From IMG/VR virus record IMGVR_UViG_3300021378_000004: a stretch of DNA of 64,000 nt; one strand, written 5' to 3'. Under the pieces are notes generated by a model, which saw only the letters and a program-made list of their open reading frames with translations, had not been told where the DNA came from and did not search any database. This DNA comes from a virus. Shown piece by piece: positions 50,352 to 59,045 of the stretch; position 1 is the first letter of the stretch; each line of letters begins with the position of its first letter. A program made the position numbers and the translations under genes.

Positions 50352-51042
50352 CGGATTTATATATGTTGCTAGCAAATATAAAGAATTTATAAACGCTGCA
50401 AGATTTTCAGCCAATAGTTTAAAAGATCATTGGCCTTTATCAAATATTACTTTATTTACTCATAAAGAATGGTTAACTGAATTTGACTATTCTTTATTTG
50501 ATAATATTATAACACAAGATGTTCCTTATCACAATAGAACTAAATTATGGGCTCTAGACAAAACCCCATATAATTTAACATGTTACATAGATTGTGATAC
50601 TTGGATAGAGCATGATAATATAAAGTTTATATTTGATCAATTTGATAATAATTCTGATATAACAATAACAAAGTGTAGAAGTTATGCAGCGTCTATTGAC
50701 TCATCATTTAAAGGTGGAGAGCTTACAGATCATTGTGGATTATTTTTATATAACAATAAGAAACATACATTAAATTTTATGAAGCAATGGTGGCTTTTAT
50801 ATTGTAAACAGTATGAAGGTTCCTGGAATTGGGACACACACTTATATCCAGAATATTTAAGACCATGGGATATGTGGACTTACTGGTGGTTACAGAACAA
50901 AACTGAGCATGCTATAAAAAGATCATATTTTCCAGACCCAGATGCTAAATGGAATTTTGTATATGTTTATAAAGAAGAAGAATTGCAAGGACATGAAAAA
51001 ATAATATCGCATCAGCCTATACCTCAAGCGATGAGAACTTAA
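50341..51042 (+). CDS. GT-A fold glycosyltransferase-like protein
   Basis: GFIYVA..A..SA.SLK, TPY..T.YIDCD (DxD), WD, WN. Confidence 0.7.
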   Translation: MKNNGFIYVASKYKEFINAARFSANSLKDHWPLSNITLFTHKEWLTEFDYSLFDNIITQDVPYHNRTKLWALDKTPYNLTCYIDCDTWIEHDNIKFIFDQFDNNSDITITKCRSYAASIDSSFKGGELTDHCGLFLYNNKKHTLNFMKQWWLLYCKQYEGSWNWDTHLYPEYLRPWDMWTYWWLQNKTEHAIKRSYFPDPDAKWNFVYVYKEEELQGHEKIISHQPIPQAMRT

Positions 51043-51656
51043 TGATTAATATAAAAATACAAAATAAGCAAATAATCAATTTACTGAATGAGTGGTCATC
51101 TTGGTTTGAAAACGTAAATAAATCATTATTTAAATTACAAGGAGAAACTGATAAAAACGATTATTATACAGAAGAAAAATATTTTAAAAATATAGATAAA
51201 GAAAAACACGTTGGCTGGCCAGAAGTAAGTTATGGTGTAGATATAAATTTGCCAAATACAACTTCAGTAAATTTAAGAGAAAGAATAAGACAAATAGATT
51301 CAGATTTTAATAATGTATTAAGTGCTAAATATTGTGCAGTTAAAATGTATTATCCTAAAGGTGGATATATGGGTTGGCATAATAATCATAATGCTAATGG
51401 ATATAATATACTCTTTTCTTATACAAAGAACGGAAAAGGATATTTTAGATATAAAGATCCTATAACTTTAGAAACTATAACTATGCATGACACACCAGGA
51501 TGGACAGCTAAAGTTGGTTATTATGGTATGCTTTCAGAAAAAAATAAAATATATTGGCATTGTGCTCGAGCTTATGAGGATAGATTAACTTTAGGATTTG
51601 TTGTACCTAATAAAGATTTTTGGGAAATGATGATTGAAGACATTGAATCAATATAA
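51042..51656 (+). CDS. 2OG-Fe(II)/cupin-fold oxygenase-like protein
   Basis: YPKGGYMGWHNN...WHC...RLTLGF. Confidence 0.6.
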   Translation: MINIKIQNKQIINLLNEWSSWFENVNKSLFKLQGETDKNDYYTEEKYFKNIDKEKHVGWPEVSYGVDINLPNTTSVNLRERIRQIDSDFNNVLSAKYCAVKMYYPKGGYMGWHNNHNANGYNILFSYTKNGKGYFRYKDPITLETITMHDTPGWTAKVGYYGMLSEKNKIYWHCARAYEDRLTLGFVVPNKDFWEMMIEDIESI

Positions 51657-52247
51657 GCCAATAAGCATATATCTTTCATAATTATCAAATTTTTTAATTC
51701 CTTCATATATAAGTTTATTAAACTTTGTTTTTGACTTAAATTCCTCTAAAGAACTACTACAGTTTATATGATCTTCAATGTGATACATATTATTGCTTTG
51801 CACAGCAAACATACATTTTTTATTAAAGTTTCTATTATTCATTATTAATGGCAAATCATTCATATGTTCAGAAGATGTATTGATAATCAAATCTGCGTCA
51901 ATAAAGTTTTCAGTATGGTCATAAATTGACTTTGATACCGTTTTAACAAAATCATAATTAAAAAATTTACTGAAATTAGTACATACACTAGTTGCTACTT
52001 TATCTTTATCAATGTTAACTAACTTTTTAATTTCATTATCTTTTACTAAAAAGTTTATAAGCGGATAACCAAACCAACCTCCAATTAAATACACATTATC
52101 AAAGGTTATAGGTGCATTATTTAATTCTTCTATTAACCATTGTTTGCATTCTATTTGTTTAGGAGATACACTTTGAATATAATCATTTATTTTATCTGGA
52201 TATTTTCTATAAAACCAGTTTAAACATTTACTATAATTTATTTCCAA
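51648..52247 (-). CDS. class I SAM-dependent methyltransferase-like protein
   Basis: K.WL, LIGGWFG, NIDKD, INTSSEH, QSN. Confidence 0.65.
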   Translation of the reverse strand: MEINYSKCLNWFYRKYPDKINDYIQSVSPKQIECKQWLIEELNNAPITFDNVYLIGGWFGYPLINFLVKDNEIKKLVNIDKDKVATSVCTNFSKFFNYDFVKTVSKSIYDHTENFIDADLIINTSSEHMNDLPLIMNNRNFNKKCMFAVQSNNMYHIEDHINCSSSLEEFKSKTKFNKLIYEGIKKFDNYERYMLIGLY

Positions 52248-52957
52248 AACTTTTCAAACCCTTCATAAGCATCATCATCTATTCCTAACCATTTTCCAAG
52301 TCTTTTATCCATTTTCCATTTATTAAAAATACAAATATTATATTCGCTATTATAAAATAAAGGCACGCGAGGGCCGTTCCAATACATACGATTTTCGTCC
52401 ATGCCATGTAATCTTGAATATATTTCGTCTCTTGGGAAAAAATTTAATTTATCTTTATGATGAAAATATAAATATGAATCTATCCCTTGATACTTACACA
52501 TTAAATAATCAGCTTGATCATAAAATTCATTCCATACTTTTAGAAAATCGCCTTTCCAAACTATAACAGATGAATTTAAATCCATATTATAACCTGGAGG
52601 TATTGGTGGTAAATCACGTGCATGTGGTTTCCAGTAGGCTTTTATAGTGCAAATTTTATTATCTTCTACATAATTTTTATAATGTGTAATATCATTTTGT
52701 ATTACAACATCTAAATCAAGAAACATAGTAGGCTTATCTGCAACTTCTTTAAATAAAGTTAATTTCCACCACCATTTTTCTAAATCATCACTTAAATCTA
52801 AGTTTCTTATTTCTATATTTTTATTGATATAAGATGAATTTTCAGTATAACAAACAAAATTAAAATCATCTTTATAATTTTTACAAACCATTTTATAAAG
52901 ACGATTTACGTGTGTGTGATTAAACTTATCACCCCATTTTAAACATATTATTTCCAT
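52238..52957 (-). CDS. glycosyltransferase (GT-A, GT8-like)
   Basis: CLKWGDKF, WWWKL.LF, FLDLDVVI, NSSV. Confidence 0.75.
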   Translation of the reverse strand: MEIICLKWGDKFNHTHVNRLYKMVCKNYKDDFNFVCYTENSSYINKNIEIRNLDLSDDLEKWWWKLTLFKEVADKPTMFLDLDVVIQNDITHYKNYVEDNKICTIKAYWKPHARDLPPIPPGYNMDLNSSVIVWKGDFLKVWNEFYDQADYLMCKYQGIDSYLYFHHKDKLNFFPRDEIYSRLHGMDENRMYWNGPRVPLFYNSEYNICIFNKWKMDKRLGKWLGIDDDAYEGFEKFWK

Positions 52958-53580
52958 ATTATTACATCTTCCATTTTTGGTTTTATTTCACCTTCTTTAA
53001 TACGCCTATCTTTAAAATCTTTATAACTTTTTAAAGGATCACAATAACCTAAGCTCATAATAAAAAGAGCATGATTTTTTACTATTGTTTGATTTCGTGG
53101 ATCCACAAATTGGCAAAGAGTATATGCGGTGTCAATGTTGTGTTCTAGGGCCAGTGCAGTTAATATCATTGAAAACATTCCAATTTCTAGTGAAGTACTA
53201 GCTTTAACCTCAGGAGAATTAAAATTATCTTCTTCACATACTTTAATTCTTATTCCTTTTTTAATCATACCTTTAATCTTTTTACTTGGATTAGTTATTA
53301 ATCTAGTAGAAAATATAAGAAGATATGGAGCTTTTAATTGCTCATTTAGATTTTTTCCATACTCAATACGCATATGCTGATGGGTAGTTAATTTAATAAT
53401 TTCTTCTTTTTCTTTTTTAAATTCTGGTCCAAATACTGTTATCATATATGGCATTATGCACTGTTTTGAAGGAACTAATTCAAAAGTTTTTTTAATTATA
53501 GATTTTATTACTTTTTTTTCAGGAATATTATCTTGATCAAACCATCTTATAAATTTTCTATTTTTTAAAGTATTGGGCAT
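52948..53580 (-). CDS. nitroreductase-fold flavoprotein
   Basis: R..IRWF, PSKQ..PY, APYL, EIG.F...LT..ALE, LGY. Confidence 0.7.
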   Translation of the reverse strand: MPNTLKNRKFIRWFDQDNIPEKKVIKSIIKKTFELVPSKQCIMPYMITVFGPEFKKEKEEIIKLTTHQHMRIEYGKNLNEQLKAPYLLIFSTRLITNPSKKIKGMIKKGIRIKVCEEDNFNSPEVKASTSLEIGMFSMILTALALEHNIDTAYTLCQFVDPRNQTIVKNHALFIMSLGYCDPLKSYKDFKDRRIKEGEIKPKMEDVIIWK

Positions 53581-54265
53581 ATTTCTTCTTTGGTATTTTT
53601 TGACTTTTAATTTCTTGTTTAATTTGAATAGTTGACTTATTTATTCCATGATGACTTGATTCTTTAGGCCATCTGCTTGAATAAATAACTTTTAGAATTA
53701 TTCCATTTTTATTACAAAGGCTTTTAGCCAGTTCATGTTCATGTTCATTGTGTTCAAATAAAATAAATTGCCATATTATTGGTATTTTCTTTTTTACGCC
53801 CATAATCATAACTTCTAAAATTTCATTAAAGTTTGTGCCTATGCGATATATATTTGCAGTTTCTTGACTTGCTCCGTCTAAACCAAATATCCATCTAGTT
53901 GTTTCATCACAGAGATTATACGCGTCTTCCCACCAACTTAACTTTTTTCCGGAGCCATTAGTTGCTATATTCATTATCTTATTAGGATATTCATTTTTTT
54001 TTATTTCTAATATTTTTAAAAAATCTTTATGATAAATTGGATCACTAATCTGTCCACAACAAATTACCATTTTAGTAAAATTATAAATTTTTCTCATATC
54101 TTCATACGATAGTTCACCAGCTAGCTTTACTTTTTCTTTACCTCCTTTTCTTTGTCTTTGACAAAAAGGGCACTGAAGTCTACATCTAGATGTAGTTTCG
54201 ATATTAAAAGTAGCTTTTTTTTGTTGTTCTATATAATACTGATATAAATTATTAAAATTATTCAT
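53558..54265 (-). CDS. radical SAM protein (core domain)
   Basis: CRLQCPFC, GQISDP, TNG, FGLDG, WQFILF.HNEH. Confidence 0.88.
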   Translation of the reverse strand: MNNFNNLYQYYIEQQKKATFNIETTSRCRLQCPFCQRQRKGGKEKVKLAGELSYEDMRKIYNFTKMVICCGQISDPIYHKDFLKILEIKKNEYPNKIMNIATNGSGKKLSWWEDAYNLCDETTRWIFGLDGASQETANIYRIGTNFNEILEVMIMGVKKKIPIIWQFILFEHNEHEHELAKSLCNKNGIILKVIYSSRWPKESSHHGINKSTIQIKQEIKSQKIPKKKYAQYFKK

Positions 54266-54554
54266 GAGAGCAGTTTTTCTTGCAAACAGCAGGTGCTTCT
54301 TCTGGTTTTTCTATAATTGTTTTATGAAAGTTTATCCAAACATCAGACATAAATATATCTTCAATTGTATCATTATTTTTAACTTTTAAATCTTCGAAGA
54401 AAAAACCAAGTTTTTTAAATTCTTCTATATATTTCGGATTTAAACTATCGCACCAGCAACATGGAAGTAGATGCCCTGTAGATACATATGCAACGCCTTT
54501 AGGGGGTTCTTTAGATTGTTTATGGCATTTAGGTTTTAATATAAATTTTTTCAT
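54258..54554 (-). CDS. stand-alone SPASM/twitch-like Fe-S domain
   Basis: PKC...GHLLPCCWCD...CKKNC. Confidence 0.7.
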   Translation of the reverse strand: MKKFILKPKCHKQSKEPPKGVAYVSTGHLLPCCWCDSLNPKYIEEFKKLGFFFEDLKVKNNDTIEDIFMSDVWINFHKTIIEKPEEAPAVCKKNCSHE

Positions 54555-54559
54555 AATTC

Positions 54560-54567
54560 TATTTATA
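54560..54567 (-). promoter_or_regulatory. late promoter TATAAATA driving the tailoring operon
   Basis: Exact consensus 5 nt upstream of the ATG at 54554. Confidence 0.75.
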
Positions 54568-54579
54568 AACGTTAATTTG

Positions 54580-54587
54580 TATAAATA
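54580..54587 (+). promoter_or_regulatory. late promoter TATAAATA (divergent partner)
   Basis: Exact consensus, followed by GGACG-TAAG-CGTCC hairpin at 54601-54614. Confidence 0.75.
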
Positions 54588-54640
54588 GTTTAAATGGCAG
54601 GGACGTAAGCGTCCGACAAAGAAATCAACTGGAGTATTTC

Positions 54641-54994
54641 ATGGCCCAATACGAAGAATTCACCATCGATCAAGGTGCTGACGCAGCATTTGAACTTCAT
54701 CTCACTGACACTACTGGAGCAGCAAAGAATTTAGCAAATTATTCTGTTGCCGCAAAAATAAAAAAGAATTATAATAGTGATAGTGCTGATACACATAGCT
54801 TTACGTCAATCATTGCTTCACCAAGTTCAGGTGGTATTGTAACTCTATCATTAACAAATACTCAAACTGATGCTCTCAAGACAGGAAGATACGTCTATGA
54901 TGTAGAACTTTCCTTTGTTGACAGTGATTCAAATACTGTTGTTGAAAGAATTCTTGAGGGAAGAATCCAGGTAACGCCATCGGTAACAAAATGA
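54641..54994 (+). CDS. small virion structural protein
   Basis: IDQGA.., LSLT..QT, GRYVYDVE, RILEG..VTP. Confidence 0.75.
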   Translation: MAQYEEFTIDQGADAAFELHLTDTTGAAKNLANYSVAAKIKKNYNSDSADTHSFTSIIASPSSGGIVTLSLTNTQTDALKTGRYVYDVELSFVDSDSNTVVERILEGRIQVTPSVTK

Positions 54995-55003
54995 GTATTT
55001 TAA

Positions 55004-55858
55004 ATGGCTACTGATAAAATCCGAGTAAAGGTTGCTGGAAATTCTGAAATAAAGATTTCTGAAGGCCAAACCATTGTCAAGAAAATTGTTGTAGGCACGC
55101 CTATTCGCAATGTCATACAAACTGGCAATATTCTCGATAGTGCCAGTGGAATAGTCATAAATGGTCCTCTTAAACCGACTGACCATATTATCCCAAGTAA
55201 TAATGAACTCATTGATCTAGGTAGTATTAATAATAGATTTAGAAGTCTTTATCTTTCTGGAGCAACTTTATTTGTTGGTGATCTTGCTTTAAGCGATTCT
55301 GGTGGAAATTTATTAATTAGTAATATTGATGCTAGTGGAAATATTATTAGTAGCACTCAAAGATCTCTTGCAACTGTTGATTCTGACCAAATTATTGCTA
55401 CTGTTACTCCAAAGATTGATTCTGCGGTTAACGCATTAATTGATGCAGCACCAGATCAGCTAAACACTTTAAATGAATTAGCTGCAGCGTTAAATGATGA
55501 TTCAGATGCGTTTAATAGTCTTTTAACAAAGATTAATGCAGGAGTTAGAGCAGCAGCTGCAGAATTAGACAGTATAGGCGCTGATCAAATAATCGATACT
55601 TTTTCAAGTACTGAGTTTAGAACTGTGAAATATTTGGTGCAATTGGAACATGATTCCGATAATAAATATCACTCTTCAGAAATTATATTGACACACAATG
55701 GAACTAATGTATTTTTAACTGAATACGCTGAAGTAAAAACAGATTCTTCTCTTGGCATATTTAATGCCAATATTGTAAATAATAATATTACAATTACTCT
55801 TTCGCCTTCGTATACTAACACAGATTTTAAAGCAAAAAGGATCAGTGTAGATGCGTAA
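55004..55858 (+). CDS. fiber-related virion protein
   Basis: DLGS...RFR.LYLSG; AP..LNTL.ELAAAL.DD. Confidence 0.7.
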   Translation: MATDKIRVKVAGNSEIKISEGQTIVKKIVVGTPIRNVIQTGNILDSASGIVINGPLKPTDHIIPSNNELIDLGSINNRFRSLYLSGATLFVGDLALSDSGGNLLISNIDASGNIISSTQRSLATVDSDQIIATVTPKIDSAVNALIDAAPDQLNTLNELAAALNDDSDAFNSLLTKINAGVRAAAAELDSIGADQIIDTFSSTEFRTVKYLVQLEHDSDNKYHSSEIILTHNGTNVFLTEYAEVKTDSSLGIFNANIVNNNITITLSPSYTNTDFKAKRISVDA

Positions 55859-55861
55859 TGT

Positions 55862-55869
55862 TATAAATA
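55862..55869 (+). promoter_or_regulatory. late promoter TATAAATA
   Basis: Exact consensus. Confidence 0.75.
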
Positions 55870-55899
55870 GTATTAATAATTTTACTGTAGGAATAGATT

Positions 55900-56208
55900 A
55901 TGGCTATTAAACAAAATTTTATAGTTAAGTCAGGTCTTGAAGTAGCAGATTCGGCAACAGTCGGAGGAGTTTTTAAGGCATCCGGCTTACAGTATCCTAC
56001 AGCAGACGGTAATAACAATGAGGTTATAAAAACAAACGGTGGTGGCTCTTTAAGTTTTGGAACTTTAAGAATTCGTGATTTAAGTGATGTCGATTTAAGT
56101 ACCCTTCAAGAAGAAGGTCTTTTGATTTTTGATTCAGCTACTAACACATTCCAAGCCAGAAATGAAATAATTGGTGCGGATTTAAATTCAGATGGGGGTT
56201 TCTACTAA
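55900..56208 (+). CDS. small fiber-related protein
   Basis: YPTADG...KTNG.G.LSF; ends DGGFY. Confidence 0.65.
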   Translation: MAIKQNFIVKSGLEVADSATVGGVFKASGLQYPTADGNNNEVIKTNGGGSLSFGTLRIRDLSDVDLSTLQEEGLLIFDSATNTFQARNEIIGADLNSDGGFY

Positions 56209-58982
56209 TGGCATCAATAATTAAGATCAAAAGATCGGGGACCGGTGGCGCACCATCAACCCTAAAACTAGGAGAATTAGCGTATTCGTATCTTGCGGGA
56301 ACACAGGGCAACGGAGGTGACCGATTATATATCGGTACTGGCGGTGTCGACGGGTCGGGTAATGCTAATGAAATTGAAGTTGTTGGTGGAGTCTATTTTA
56401 CTGACAAATTAGATCACACACCTGGAACTTTAACAGCATCTAGTGCACTTATAGTTGATGCTTCTAGTAAAATTGATGTAATAAACGTTGATAATATTAC
56501 AATTGATGCTAATACAATATCAACAACTGATACAAATGGTGCTCTTGTTCTTTCACCAAATGGAACTTCGGCAGTTAACGTACCAGCCGGTTATAAAGAT
56601 CGTAGTGGATTTGGTACTAACTCTTTAGCAACAAAAGAATATGTTGATACTGTTGCTGGTGCAACTACACTTACTTTTAAGGCTGATTCTTCTGGATCAG
56701 ATTCTATTGATTTAGATGCTGATACACTTGCAATTACTGGTAACGCTAGTACTGGTATTAGTACTATAAGATCGGCGAATGCTGTCAATATTAGTCTTGA
56801 TAATACTGCAGTTACTCCTGCATCATATGGTTCTGCATCAGCAATTCCAACATTTACTGTAGATGCACAAGGTAGATTAACAGCTGCTGGCACAGTTAAT
56901 ATTTCAACTGATCTTTCAGTTGCTGGTGATACTGGAACTGATACAGTTAATCTTCTTGATTCTGATCTTACGTTTACTGGTGGAACAGGTATTGCAACAG
57001 CAGTAACGAATAACGTTGTTACTATTAATGGTACTAATGCTACAACAAGTGCTAAAGGTATTGCATCATTTAGTTCTGATAATTTTGCGGTTTCCAGCGG
57101 CGTAGTAACTATTAAAAATGGTGGAGTTGTAGCAGCTGAATTAGCAGCTACTCTTGATCTCTCTGGAAAAAGTGTTACACTTGGAGCAGGTGAAATTAGT
57201 AATGGTGAATTGGCAAACAGTAGTATTACAGTTTCTGGTGAAACAATTGCGCTTGGCGGATCAGCCACACTAGCAACAACAAATGTAACTGAAGGTACAA
57301 ATTTATATTATACCACAGCAAGAGCAGATAGCGATGCTAAAAATGCAGTATCTGTTACTGATAATGGTGGTGATGGATCATTATCTTATAATGCATCAAA
57401 TGGTGTATTTACGTATACAGGCCCATCTGCAGCAGAAGTAAGAGCACATATTAGTGCTGGCGAAGGTATTGATATAGCTTCAGGCGTAATATCTGGGGAA
57501 GATGCTAGTACAACAAATAAAGGTATTGCATCCTTCAGTGCTGATCATTTTTCTGTAGGAGCTGGCGCAGTAACCATTAAAGCTGATGGAATAGATGCAA
57601 CACACCTTGATTTTGGTACTGGAACAGATCAAATTGCTACAGCTGATATTCCAGAACAAACTAATTTATATTACACTACAGCAAGAGCAGATAGCGATGC
57701 TAAAAATGCTATTAGCGTTAATTTTGTAAGTGGTGATGGCGCTGCTGCCTATAACGCAGGAACTGGTGTAATCTCAATTACTGGTCCTTCTGCAACTGAA
57801 GTAAGAGCGCATATCACTGCTGGAACTGGTGTAACAATAACTGACGGTGAAATTGCACTTGCTCAAGCACTCGGACCAACAGATAATGTTCAATTTGCTG
57901 ATCTTCAAGTAGATGGTAATACAGTTATTGATGGTAGCCTTACAGTAAATGGTACAACAACTACAATAAACACAGCTACAGTAACAACTAATGATCCGTT
58001 GTTTAATCTTGCTGATTCTAATACTACAGCAGATACATTGGATATTGGTTTTATTGGTAAATATTTAGATACTGGCGAATCTAGAGTCGAACGTACTGGT
58101 CTTTTTAGAGATGCGTCAGACGGTCAATATAAACTTTTTACAGGTTTACACAATCCTGGTGGAACACTTGATAGTGCCACTAATACTGTTGATATTACTG
58201 GAACAGGATTTACGTATGCAGATTTAAGAGTTGGTGTTCTTACTGGTAATGTAACAGGCAATGTTACTGGTACAGTTTCTGATATATCAAATCATTCAAC
58301 TAGTGATTTAAGTGAAGGCACTAATCTTTATTATACTACTGCAAGAGTTGATTCAGACTTAGGTCAAATACTTACAGCTGGCGAAGGTGTTGATATCACT
58401 GAAGGCGCAGGTATTATTACAATTGCGGGCGAAGACGCTAGCGTAACAAATAAAGGTATCGCATCTTTTGCTACTGCAAATTTTACAGTATCATCTGGTG
58501 CAGTTTCATCTAAAGATATTACATTAAATGGTGGATCCGGAAATGCATCTGCAACACTTGGCGAATCATTTACAATTACAGGTAATGCTTCTCAAGGAAT
58601 TAGCACTAGTGCAACAGGCACAACCGTTACAGTTACAGCAGCTGATGCTGCGGCTGACGGAAGTACAAAGGGTGTTGCTACATTTAATGCAACTAACTTC
58701 AATGCATCTTCTGGTGTTATTACAACCACTGATGTTACACTTTTTTCAGGTGATACTACTAATGGTCAAGGTGGCGGAATAGCTGCAACTAATGGTGAAT
58801 CTTTTAATATTTACGGTGATTTTGGTCAAGGTATTACAACAACAATTACTAGTGGTAACCTTATAGTTACTGGTAGAAATGCTACAAAGAATTCAAAGGG
58901 TGTTGCATCATTTGATTCAGATATGTTTACAGTAACAACAGGAGCAGTAACACTTGCAACAGTAGACGGCGGAAGTTATTAA
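56208..58982 (+). CDS. long tail fiber-like protein
   Basis: IKIKRS..GELAY N-terminus; EGTNLYYT and KGIASF repeats; ends DGGSY. Confidence 0.8.
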   Translation: MASIIKIKRSGTGGAPSTLKLGELAYSYLAGTQGNGGDRLYIGTGGVDGSGNANEIEVVGGVYFTDKLDHTPGTLTASSALIVDASSKIDVINVDNITIDANTISTTDTNGALVLSPNGTSAVNVPAGYKDRSGFGTNSLATKEYVDTVAGATTLTFKADSSGSDSIDLDADTLAITGNASTGISTIRSANAVNISLDNTAVTPASYGSASAIPTFTVDAQGRLTAAGTVNISTDLSVAGDTGTDTVNLLDSDLTFTGGTGIATAVTNNVVTINGTNATTSAKGIASFSSDNFAVSSGVVTIKNGGVVAAELAATLDLSGKSVTLGAGEISNGELANSSITVSGETIALGGSATLATTNVTEGTNLYYTTARADSDAKNAVSVTDNGGDGSLSYNASNGVFTYTGPSAAEVRAHISAGEGIDIASGVISGEDASTTNKGIASFSADHFSVGAGAVTIKADGIDATHLDFGTGTDQIATADIPEQTNLYYTTARADSDAKNAISVNFVSGDGAAAYNAGTGVISITGPSATEVRAHITAGTGVTITDGEIALAQALGPTDNVQFADLQVDGNTVIDGSLTVNGTTTTINTATVTTNDPLFNLADSNTTADTLDIGFIGKYLDTGESRVERTGLFRDASDGQYKLFTGLHNPGGTLDSATNTVDITGTGFTYADLRVGVLTGNVTGNVTGTVSDISNHSTSDLSEGTNLYYTTARVDSDLGQILTAGEGVDITEGAGIITIAGEDASVTNKGIASFATANFTVSSGAVSSKDITLNGGSGNASATLGESFTITGNASQGISTSATGTTVTVTAADAAADGSTKGVATFNATNFNASSGVITTTDVTLFSGDTTNGQGGGIAATNGESFNIYGDFGQGITTTITSGNLIVTGRNATKNSKGVASFDSDMFTVTTGAVTLATVDGGSY

Positions 58983-59045
58983 TATATAGTCAAGTAGTTT
59001 TTTAATTATTTGACTCTAAAATAAAACCTTTTTTAAGGAATCGAT

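Noticed and set aside
40585-57268. Long antisense ORFs (e.g. 40585-41145, 56591-57268) and other shadow ORFs in the track
   Set aside because: They lie opposite or inside well-supported genes and are explained by codon bias of T/A/G-rich proteins; no RBS or recognisable motifs.
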